Assembly: GCA_943371835.1 (NCBI GenBank)
Contig: CALRWJ020000007.1
Location: 42,564 to 106,563 of the forward strand
Direction: 5' to 3'
DNA length: 64,000 nucleotides
Source: Afipia felis
GTDB lineage: Bacteria > Pseudomonadota > Alphaproteobacteria > Caulobacterales > Caulobacteraceae
A model generated the notes under the pieces. That model was not told the DNA's origin. It was given only the letters and a program-made list of their open reading frames with translations, and made no database searches. A program made the position numbers and the translations under genes. Position 1 is the stretch's first letter; each line of letters opens with the position of its first letter. Positions 8,149-15,475 of this stretch are shown here, one piece after another.

Positions 8149-8173
8149 AACGTCGCGGAACGGCCACGGTTCC
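8149..8173 (-). promoter_or_regulatory. sigma-EcfG (SigT) promoter of phyR
   Basis: - strand shows a perfect GGAAC-N16-CGTT (GGAAC CGTGGCCGTTCCGCGA CGTT), 62 nt upstream of the phyR ATG. Confidence 0.8.
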
Positions 8174-8213
8174 GCCGGGAAGATTGAGAAATGGAGATTT
8201 CCCGACGCTCTCC

Positions 8214-8238
8214 GGAACCGCAGGGGGCACGCCACGTT
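8214..8238 (+). promoter_or_regulatory. sigma-EcfG (SigT) promoter of nepR-sigT-phyK
   Basis: Perfect GGAAC-N16-CGTT (GGAAC CGCAGGGGGCACGCCA CGTT), 26 nt upstream of the nepR ATG. Confidence 0.85.
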
Positions 8239-8264
8239 GAGGCGGTTCGGAATGGGGCGGCGCG

Positions 8265-8483
8265 ATGCCGAAAGACATGAGCGAAGAACAAGGCGCACCG
8301 CGAAAACGCGGGGACACGGCGCGGAAGGAACCCAAGTTGGAAGAGGCCCGACTGCGTCAGCAGGCCATCGGCGTGCGTCTGCGTCACATGTTCGAGGAAG
8401 TCGTGAACGAGCCCGTTCCCGACGACTTCCTGGACATCCTGCGTCGTGCCGATTCCAAGGGCTCCGAGGGCGGCAAATCGTGA
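8265..8483 (+). CDS. nepR: NepR anti-sigma factor
   Basis: 72 aa with the conserved core IGVRLRHMFEEVVNEPVPDDFLDILRR. It sits immediately upstream of, and overlaps, the ECF sigma gene. Confidence 0.9.
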   Translation: MPKDMSEEQGAPRKRGDTARKEPKLEEARLRQQAIGVRLRHMFEEVVNEPVPDDFLDILRRADSKGSEGGKS

Positions 8484-9085
8484 GGGGCTCCACCGCGCCC
8501 AAGCCCCCTTCCAGCGACGACGACGCGTTCAAGGCCCAGTTGGTAACCTTGATCCCGCATCTTCGGGCGTTCGCGCGCACGCTGACGGGCGACGCCACCG
8601 CCGCCGACGACCTGGCGCAGGACGCCCTGATGAAGGCGTGGGACGCCCGCGCCAGCTATCAGATGGGCACCAACATGAAGGCCTGGACCTTCATGATCCT
8701 GCGCAACCAGTTCTATTCGGAAAAACGCCGCTCGTGGCGCCAGTCCCAGCTTGACCAGGAGGCGGCCGAGCGCACCCTGGTGGCCGTGGACGATCCGGAG
8801 GCGCCCGTCGCCCTGGATGAACTGCGTCAGGCGCTGGATTCGCTTCCGGCCGAACAGCGCGAGGCGCTGATCCTGGTGGGCGCGGGCGGTTTCGCCTATG
8901 AAGAGGCCGCCGAGATCTGCCAGTGCGCCGTGGGCACTGTGAAGAGCCGCGTGTCGCGCGCCCGCCGGTCGCTGCTCGGCATTCTGGAAAGCGGCGGGTA
9001 CGCCCGCGACGGGCGCGCCGCCGGCGACGCCATGCGCTCCATCCTCGCCGACGCCGACCGCCTGAGCGGCCCGCTGCGGTCCTGA
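8480..9085 (+). CDS. sigT: EcfG-type ECF sigma factor (SigT)
   Basis: Region 2 DLAQDALMKAW...AWTFMILRNQFYS; region 4 REALILVGAGGFAYEEAAEICQCAVGTVKSRVSRAR. The GTG start overlaps the nepR stop (GTGA). Confidence 0.9.
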   Translation: MRGSTAPKPPSSDDDAFKAQLVTLIPHLRAFARTLTGDATAADDLAQDALMKAWDARASYQMGTNMKAWTFMILRNQFYSEKRRSWRQSQLDQEAAERTLVAVDDPEAPVALDELRQALDSLPAEQREALILVGAGGFAYEEAAEICQCAVGTVKSRVSRARRSLLGILESGGYARDGRAAGDAMRSILADADRLSGPLRS

Positions 9086-9089
9086 GCGC

Positions 9090-10757
9090 GTGAGGGCGCG
9101 CGGCAGACTGTTCCGACGCGGGCTGCGCCCGCGGTTTCAGGGCATCCGCTTCCGCCTGGGCGTGTCCATGGCGGTGGCCCTGCTGCCGTTTCTGATCCTG
9201 AGCGCCTTCCAGCTGCAGGCCGAATTCCGCGATCAGGCCGATCAACGCCGCGAGATGCTGCGTCTGGCGGCCGAGCGCAGCGTGGCGGACCAGCAGGGGC
9301 GCGTGCGGTCCACCGCCGCCCTGCTCGAACTGCTGGCGCTGGAAGGCACGGGTCCGGACTGCGGGGCGCGCCTGAACGCCGTGGACGACCGGCTGCGCAT
9401 CTATGACGGCCTGGCCCGCTATTCGGCCGACGGACGGCTGCTGTGCGGGTCGCGCGGCGCGGCGCCGGTCGGCGGCTGGATCGACGACCTGCGCGCGGGA
9501 CGCCGCGTGGTCGCCGCGCCGACCGGCGACGGCACGGCCGGCGTGCTGATCGCCCTGCGGCTCGAGCGGCCCCCGGGCGCCTTCGACGGCGCGACCGCCG
9601 TGATCGTGCCTCTGCGCGAGCTTCTGCCGCGCCGCGACATCCGCAGCCTGCCGGAAGGAGCCGAGGCGGCCCTGACCACAGCCGACGGACGCATTCTGGC
9701 CAGCACGGACGCCGGCGCCTTCGCCGACGCCCCGGCCCTCCAGCCGCCGCCCGCCGACACCGGTCAGGCCGCGCTGGTCGAGCGCGGGGGCCACGTCTTC
9801 GTCAAGGCGTCGCTGATCGACGGCGAGTTGCACGTCCTCTATTCCGCGCCGTCGCCGGGACTGTTGTCCTGGGCGCGGCTGAACCCGATCGGCGCCCTGC
9901 TTCTGCCTCTCGGCGTCTGGCTGGCGGCCTTCGTGGCGGTGATGCTGCTGTCGGAGCGGTTCGTCATCCGGTGGCTGGACTATCTTCAGAGGGTCGCCGC
10001 CATCCACGCGCGGGGCCGCCTGTCGGTGCGCCCGGTCCAGGCGGCCGCCGCGCCGACCGAAATCCGCACCCTGGCCCGCACGCTGGACGACCTGGCCGAG
10101 GGCGTCACCACCCGCGACCAGTCGCTGATCGAGGCGCTGGAGGAAAAGGACGCGCTGATGCGCGAGATCCACCACCGGGTGAAGAACAACCTGCAGATCA
10201 TCTCCTCGCTGCTGAGCATGCAGCAGCGCAGCGTCGAGGACGCCTCGGCCAAGGCGGCGCTGGGCGACACGCGCCAGCGGATTTCGGCGCTGGCCCTGAT
10301 CTATCGCACGCTCTACCAGGCCGAGGACCTGGGCCGGGCGGACATGAAGGACTTCCTGAACGCCCTGGTCGGCCAGATGGTCGCCGATCAGGCCGGGCGC
10401 GGGCAGGTGATCGAAAGCTCGGTCCAGGCCGATTCCCTGATCGTCGATCCCGACAAGCTGGCGCCCATGGCGCTGTGGCTGGTCGAGGCCGTGTCGAACG
10501 CCCAGAAGCACGCCTTCCCGTACGGGGGCCGCACCCTGGCCGTGCGGTTCAGCGTCGACGGCGACGCCAGCGTGCTGGAGGTCGAGGACGACGGCCCGGG
10601 CCTGACGCCCGACGCGTCCACCGGCGTGGGACGCACGCTGATGTCGGCCTTCGCCAAGCAGCTGCGCGGCGAGACGCAGATCACGTCCGGACCCATGGGC
10701 GGCGTGCTGATCCGCATGACCTTCCTGACGCCCGGCGAGACCCACGCGGCGCCCTAG
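9090..10757 (+). CDS. phyK: HWE/HisKA_2 sensor histidine kinase (PhyK-like)
   Basis: Two TM segments flank a periplasmic domain. H-box REIHHRVKNNLQIISSLLSMQ; HATPase with AVSNAQKHAF and DDGPGL. Position downstream of sigT matches Caulobacter phyK. Start uncertain (alternative ATG 9168). Confidence 0.8.
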   Translation: MRARGRLFRRGLRPRFQGIRFRLGVSMAVALLPFLILSAFQLQAEFRDQADQRREMLRLAAERSVADQQGRVRSTAALLELLALEGTGPDCGARLNAVDDRLRIYDGLARYSADGRLLCGSRGAAPVGGWIDDLRAGRRVVAAPTGDGTAGVLIALRLERPPGAFDGATAVIVPLRELLPRRDIRSLPEGAEAALTTADGRILASTDAGAFADAPALQPPPADTGQAALVERGGHVFVKASLIDGELHVLYSAPSPGLLSWARLNPIGALLLPLGVWLAAFVAVMLLSERFVIRWLDYLQRVAAIHARGRLSVRPVQAAAAPTEIRTLARTLDDLAEGVTTRDQSLIEALEEKDALMREIHHRVKNNLQIISSLLSMQQRSVEDASAKAALGDTRQRISALALIYRTLYQAEDLGRADMKDFLNALVGQMVADQAGRGQVIESSVQADSLIVDPDKLAPMALWLVEAVSNAQKHAFPYGGRTLAVRFSVDGDASVLEVEDDGPGLTPDASTGVGRTLMSAFAKQLRGETQITSGPMGGVLIRMTFLTPGETHAAP

Positions 10758-10782
10758 GGAACCGCCGGTCACTGACCACGTT
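10758..10782 (+). promoter_or_regulatory. sigma-EcfG promoter of the entericidin-like gene
   Basis: Perfect GGAAC-N16-CGTT (GGAAC CGCCGGTCACTGACCA CGTT), 33 nt upstream of ATG 10816. Confidence 0.8.
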
Positions 10783-10815
10783 TCATCCGGCGAACACCCC
10801 TTCCCGGAGCCCACC

Positions 10816-10953
10816 ATGCGCAAGATCTTCGTCATTCTGAGCGCCGCCGCCGCCCTGACGACGGCCGCGTGCAACACCGTCGCCGGCGTCGGCCGCGACG
10901 CCTCGGCCGCCGGCAACGCCGTCACCGGCGCGGCGGAAGACGCCAAGAACTGA
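10816..10953 (+). CDS. entericidin EcnA/B-family small lipoprotein (45 aa; not in the supplied ORF track)
   Basis: Translation MRKIFVILSAAAALTTAACNTVAGVGRDASAAGNAVTGAAEDAKN has a lipobox LTTAAC followed by NT.AG.G.D. High GC3. Confidence 0.75.
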   Translation: MRKIFVILSAAAALTTAACNTVAGVGRDASAAGNAVTGAAEDAKN

Positions 10954-11021
10954 TTTCCGGACGACCGCAGGGTCGATCCGACGACGCGTGAGCCGGTCCC
11001 CCACGGCTGAAACGCGACCGC

Positions 11022-11054
11022 AAGGCCCCGCCGGCCCCCAAACGGCGGGGCCTT
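11022..11054 (+). terminator. probable terminator hairpin
   Basis: AAGGCCCCGCC-N11-GGCGGGGCCTT; weak T tract. Confidence 0.45.
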
Positions 11055-11146
11055 GGCAATTCCGGCTTTTCCCCGGCCCGCCGCGCTTCTAACGTCGCGC
11101 CCGGTCGGACCCGCCAAGAGGTCCGCCGCAGGGAAACCGAGGGGCC

Positions 11147-12814
11147 ATGACCGACATCACCGCCGCGTCCGCCACGGACGATCAGAAGACGTTGCGCACG
11201 GTCGTGCTGGCGTCGTCCGCCGGCACGGCGTTCGAGTGGTACGACTTCTTCGTCTTCGCCTCGCTGACCACCGTCATGGCCCAGCATTTCTATGCGGAGG
11301 TCGGGGAATCGACGGCGTACATCCTGGCGCTGCTGACCTTCGGCGTCGGCTTCGTGGTCCGGCCCCTGGGGGCGGCGGTGTTCGGCTGGTTCGGCGACCG
11401 GACGGGGCGCAAGAAGACCTTTCTGGTGACGATCAGCGTCATGGGTCTGGCCACCGTGGCCATCGGCCTGTTGCCCGAGTATGACCAGATCGGGGTGGCG
11501 GCGCCCATCCTGCTGATCCTGATGCGCATGGCGCAGGGCTTCGCGCTTGGCGGCGAGTACGGCGGGGCGGCGATCTACGTCGCCGAACACGCGCCGAACC
11601 ACAGCCGGGGCCGGCTGACCGGCTGGATCCAGACCACCGCCGCCTTCGGCCTGATCGGCGCCCTGGCCGTCATCATTCTGGTGCGCGGCGTGATGGGGAC
11701 CGAGGCCTTCGCCGAGTGGGGCTGGCGCATCCCGTTTCTGCTGTCGGCCCTGCTGCTGATCGTCTCGCTGTGGATCCGGCTGAAGCTGAACGAGAGCCCG
11801 GCCTATGAGCGGATGAAGGCCGAGGCCGGCGACCAGCGCGCGCCCCTCCGCGAGAGCTTCCTGCAGTGGAAGAACCTGCGCTTCGTGCTGATCGCCCTGT
11901 TCGGCGTGATGATCGCCCAGGGCGCGGTCTGGTACTGCGGATATTTCTACATCCGCTTCTTCATGGAGCGGGTGCTGAAGGTCGACGTGAACACGGTCGA
12001 CCAGCTGATGCTGGCGGTGACCGCCGTCTCGGCCTTCCTGTACGTCTTCTTCGCCTGGCTGTCGGACCGGATCGGCCGCAAGCCCGTCATGCTGTTCGGC
12101 ATGATCCTGGCGCTGGTCGCCTATTTTCCCGGCTTCCACGCCCTGACCCGCGCGGCGAACCCGGACCTGGCCCAGGCGCAGGCGACGTCGCCCGTGACCG
12201 TGGTCGCCGACCCGGCCACCTGCGCGGTCCAGTTCGATCCCGTCGGCAAGGCGGCCTTCGCCTCCTCCTGCGACCTGGCCAAGAGCGTGCTGTCCAACGC
12301 CGGCGTGAACTACGCAAACGTCGCGGCGCCCGCCGGCGCCCCCGCCGTCGTGCGGATCGGCGGCGTCGAGGTCGCCTCGGCCGAGGGCCGCGGGCTGGAC
12401 GCCGCCGCACTGAAATCCACGCGCGCCGAGGTGGAGGGCCGGGTCAAGGCCGCGCTGACCGCCGCCGGCTATCCGGAAAAAGCCGATCGCGCCTCCATGA
12501 ACATGCCGGTCGTGTTCGGCATCCTGCTGTTGTTCATCGTCGCCGCCACGGCGCTGTACGGCCCGCAGGCCGCGGCGCTGGTCGAGCTGTTCCCCACGCG
12601 CGTGCGCTACACGGCCATGAGCGTGCCCTATCACGTCGGCGTCGGCTGGGTCGGCGGCCTGCTGCCCGCCGCCAGCTTCGCCTTGGTGGCGTGGTCGGGG
12701 AACATCTACTTCGGCCTGTGGTATTCGGCGGCCTTCACCCTGATCGCGGTGATCGTGACCCTGATCTGGCTGCCCGAGACCAAGGGTCGCGATCTGGACA
12801 CCATCGGCGCCTGA
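11147..12814 (+). CDS. MFS transporter, metabolite:H+ symporter (MHS, ProP/KgtP-like) with a large extra loop domain
   Basis: FEWYDFFVF, GDRTGRKK and ELFPTRVRYT motifs with 12 predicted TMs. A ~118-aa soluble insertion lies between TM9 and TM10. Confidence 0.85.
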   Translation: MTDITAASATDDQKTLRTVVLASSAGTAFEWYDFFVFASLTTVMAQHFYAEVGESTAYILALLTFGVGFVVRPLGAAVFGWFGDRTGRKKTFLVTISVMGLATVAIGLLPEYDQIGVAAPILLILMRMAQGFALGGEYGGAAIYVAEHAPNHSRGRLTGWIQTTAAFGLIGALAVIILVRGVMGTEAFAEWGWRIPFLLSALLLIVSLWIRLKLNESPAYERMKAEAGDQRAPLRESFLQWKNLRFVLIALFGVMIAQGAVWYCGYFYIRFFMERVLKVDVNTVDQLMLAVTAVSAFLYVFFAWLSDRIGRKPVMLFGMILALVAYFPGFHALTRAANPDLAQAQATSPVTVVADPATCAVQFDPVGKAAFASSCDLAKSVLSNAGVNYANVAAPAGAPAVVRIGGVEVASAEGRGLDAAALKSTRAEVEGRVKAALTAAGYPEKADRASMNMPVVFGILLLFIVAATALYGPQAAALVELFPTRVRYTAMSVPYHVGVGWVGGLLPAASFALVAWSGNIYFGLWYSAAFTLIAVIVTLIWLPETKGRDLDTIGA

Positions 12815-12829
12815 GGCGTTATGGCGTTT

Positions 12830-12947
12830 CTCCCTCCCCAGTTTGGGGAGGGAGTCGAGCGCAGCGAGACAGGGTGGGGTTCGTCCGTCCGGCCTGACTC
12901 GCCCCACCCCGATCGCTCCGCGATCGACCCTCCCCATGAGGGGAGGG
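12830..12947. repeat. composite intergenic palindromic element (REP/RIME-like)
   Basis: Hairpins CTCCCTCCCCA/TGGGGAGGGAG (12830-12854), GGGTGGGG/CCCCACCC (12872-12909) and CCCTCCCC-ATGA-GGGGAGGG (12928-12947). Related hairpins occur at 47568-47593 and 48728-48755. Confidence 0.6.
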
Positions 12948-12960
12948 AGAAAGGCCGAAC

Positions 12961-14409
12961 ATGACCTCGCCCCGCGACGCCGGATTGAAACTGCTGCGCC
13001 AGCACGCCCTGATCGCGGGCGAGCCGGTGACGTCCAGCGCGCGCATCGCCGTCGACGACCCGGCGACCGGCGAGGTCGTCGGCCACGTCCCCGATCTCGG
13101 CGCCGCCGAGACGGAGCGCGCGATCCGGGCGGCCGCCGACGCCTTTCCCGAATGGTCGCGCACCGACCCGCACGCGCGCGCGAAGATCCTGCGCGACTGG
13201 GCCGCGCTGGTCGACGAGAACGCCGACGGCCTGGCCGCCCTGATGTCGCTTGAGAACGGCAAGCCCTTCGCCGAGGCCAAGGGAGAGGTGAGCTACGCCA
13301 ACGGCTTCCTGAAATGGTTCGCCGGCGAGGCCGAACGCCTGATCGGCGACACCCAGGACACCCCGCTGGGCCACCTGATCGTGACCTTCCGTCAGGCGGT
13401 CGGACCCTGCGCCCTGATCACGCCGTGGAACTTCCCCGCCGCCATGCTGACGCGCAAGCTGGGCCCCGCCTTCGCCGCCGGTTGCACCGCCGTGGTGAAG
13501 CCCGCCAGCCAGACGCCCTTCACCGCCCTGGTCCTGGCCGAACTGGCCGACCGCGCGGGTTTGCCCAAGGGCGTGCTCAGCGTCGTCACCGGCGACGCGG
13601 CGACCGTCGGCGGCGTGCTGACCGCCTCGCCTCTGATCCGCAAGCTGTCGTTCACCGGCTCGACGCCCGTGGGCCGCAAGCTGGCGGAGCAGTGCGCGCC
13701 GACCCTGAAGCGGCTGTCGATGGAGCTGGGCGGCGCCGCCCCCCTGATCGTCTTCGCCGACGCCGATCTTGAACACGCGGCCGAGGAGACCATCAAGGGC
13801 AAGTTCCGCAACGCCGGCCAGACCTGCGTCTGCCCCAATCGCGTCTACGTCGAGGCCTCGGTGGCCGACGAATACGCCCGCATTCTTGCGGAAAAGGTCG
13901 CGGCGCTGAAGGTCGGCGGCGCCTTCGAGGAGGGGGTCAAGGTCGGCCCGCTGATCGAGGACAAGGCGCTGGACAAGGTCGACGCCCACCTGGCCGCGCT
14001 GAAGAAGGACGGCGCCCGGGTGCTGACCGGCGGCGGGCGCCACGAGCGGGGCGGCCGCTTCTTCCAGCCGACCGTGACCTTGGGCGGGAACGACGAACTT
14101 TTCCGCCGCGAGGAAACCTTCGGCCCGCTGGTGCCGATCTTCCCCTTCGAGACCGAGGACGAGGTGGTCGAAAAGGCCAACGACAGCGACTTCGGCCTGG
14201 CGTCGTATCTGTTCACCCGCGACCTGGACCGGGCGATGCGCGTCGGCCGGCGGATCGAGGCGGGCATGTGCGGCGTCAACACCGGCCTGATCTCCACCCC
14301 AGTCGCCCCCTTCGGCGGCGTGAAGCAGTCCGGCTACGGCCGCGAGGGCTCCGTCCACGGCATCGACGAATACGTGGAGATCAAGGCGCTGACGCTGGCG
14401 CTGAAGTGA
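12961..14409 (+). CDS. gabD: NAD(P)-dependent succinate-semialdehyde dehydrogenase
   Basis: Collinear with E. coli GabD: LLRQHALIAGE..., LENGKPFAEAKGEVSYANGFLKWFAGEAERLIGDT, ELGG, and the catalytic Cys in GQTCVCPNR. Confidence 0.85.
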   Translation: MTSPRDAGLKLLRQHALIAGEPVTSSARIAVDDPATGEVVGHVPDLGAAETERAIRAAADAFPEWSRTDPHARAKILRDWAALVDENADGLAALMSLENGKPFAEAKGEVSYANGFLKWFAGEAERLIGDTQDTPLGHLIVTFRQAVGPCALITPWNFPAAMLTRKLGPAFAAGCTAVVKPASQTPFTALVLAELADRAGLPKGVLSVVTGDAATVGGVLTASPLIRKLSFTGSTPVGRKLAEQCAPTLKRLSMELGGAAPLIVFADADLEHAAEETIKGKFRNAGQTCVCPNRVYVEASVADEYARILAEKVAALKVGGAFEEGVKVGPLIEDKALDKVDAHLAALKKDGARVLTGGGRHERGGRFFQPTVTLGGNDELFRREETFGPLVPIFPFETEDEVVEKANDSDFGLASYLFTRDLDRAMRVGRRIEAGMCGVNTGLISTPVAPFGGVKQSGYGREGSVHGIDEYVEIKALTLALK

Positions 14410-14412
14410 GCC

Positions 14413-14826
14413 TCAAATCCTCTGAAGGCCGCCGATGAAGGCCTGGACTTGGCGATTGGTGAGGTCATTGCCGCGCCACCAGAACTCCGTCAGCGCCTGC
14501 TGATTCAGCTCGACCCAGCGGATCACGAGGGGGGCCAAACGGCGGAGATCGCGCTCATCGAACTCAGTTGAACGGGCGACGATGTGGGGGTTTGCGCCGA
14601 TCGTCACCGAGAAACTCGGCTGCGACCTGCCGGGCTTGATGAAGCATTTCACGCGTGGACCGTGCTTTCCCATGATCGTGGAGATCATGATGATCGCCGG
14701 GACCCCCGTGTCTTCCTCATCAAGGTTGGCCATCTCGAGGACGTCCTCATCATCCATGGCGGCCAACTCCTCTTCGAGGGTCGGTTCGCGATCGATCCAG
14801 ACTGTGAGGGTCTCACGGACTTCCAT
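14413..14826 (-). CDS. hypothetical protein, paralog of 44023..44427 (possibly distantly DUF4160-like)
   Basis: MEVRETLTVWIDREPTLEEEL...GKHGPRVKCFIKPGRSQPS...WVELNQQALTEFWW. About 50% identity by eye to the second copy. High GC3. Confidence 0.7.
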   Translation of the reverse strand: MEVRETLTVWIDREPTLEEELAAMDDEDVLEMANLDEEDTGVPAIIMISTIMGKHGPRVKCFIKPGRSQPSFSVTIGANPHIVARSTEFDERDLRRLAPLVIRWVELNQQALTEFWWRGNDLTNRQVQAFIGGLQRI

Positions 14827-14852
14827 GGCGCAACGCGGTAGCACAGATCGCC

Positions 14853-15329
14853 TCAAACGGGGAGCGCGCCGCGCTTCACCACCGTCCGCATCGCCACGCT
14901 GGAGCTGACCCGCGTCACGCCGGGGATGCGCGTCAGTTCGCGGGCGTGGATGCGCTCCAGGTCGTCGACGTCGCGGCAGACCATGCGCAGCAGATAGTCC
15001 GAGCTGCCCGTCATCAAGTGGCACTCCACCACCTCCGGCACGTCGGCGATGGCGGTCTCGAAGGCCGTCAGGGCGCTCTCCGCCTGACTGGACAGGGTCA
15101 CCGTCACGAACACCGAGATCGGCAGGCCGACCGCGCGCTCGTTGATGATGGCGGCGTAGCGGCTGATGACGCCCTCGCTTTCCAGCGCGCGCAGGCGGCG
15201 CAGGCAGGCGCTCTCCGACAGGTTCACCGCGCGGGCCAGATCGGCGTTGGTCATACGGCCGTCGGACTGCAACGCGCGGATCATGCGGCGGTCGGTCTCG
15301 TCCAAAGTCACCGCAGAAACGGTTTTCAT
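14853..15329 (-). CDS. Lrp/AsnC family transcriptional regulator
   Basis: HTH LDETDRRMIRALQSDGRMTNADLARAVNLSESACLRRLRALE plus an RAM domain. Divergent from ald. Confidence 0.9.
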   Translation of the reverse strand: MKTVSAVTLDETDRRMIRALQSDGRMTNADLARAVNLSESACLRRLRALESEGVISRYAAIINERAVGLPISVFVTVTLSSQAESALTAFETAIADVPEVVECHLMTGSSDYLLRMVCRDVDDLERIHARELTRIPGVTRVSSSVAMRTVVKRGALPV

Positions 15330-15341
15330 TACGCGCCTCGT

Positions 15342-15356
15342 TCGCAGATTCTGCGA
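15342..15356. promoter_or_regulatory. candidate Lrp-type operator
   Basis: Perfect palindrome TCGCAGA-T-TCTGCGA 13 nt upstream of the lrp ATG, in the lrp/ald divergent region. The core cAGAtTCTg resembles Lrp half-sites. Confidence 0.35.
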
Positions 15357-15475
15357 CTTTACGCCGTTCAGTCAGCGAAAAGAACAGGAACCTGCCCGCG
15401 CCCCCTCGCTATTTTGCGCGCCGACGCGAGCCGCCCGGCGAAGGCGGCCGCCCCCTTCAGACGAGGAACTCCCAG

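Noticed and set aside
8691-11117. Very long ORFs antisense to or out of frame with real genes. Examples are 8691..11117 (808 aa), 26099..28804 (901 aa), 44665..48723 (1352 aa), 59305..62757 (1150 aa), 31455..34304 as a single 949-aa protein, and 10922..12937.
   Set aside because: These are typical high-GC artefacts. Their translations are Arg/Ala/Gly/Pro-rich low-complexity strings with no domain signatures. The opposite strand or alternative frame encodes clearly recognisable proteins (phyK, atpA/atpG, putA, the TonB-dependent receptor, the MFS transporter). Only the segment of 44665..48723 from 47635 onward (the GT4 gene) is real.
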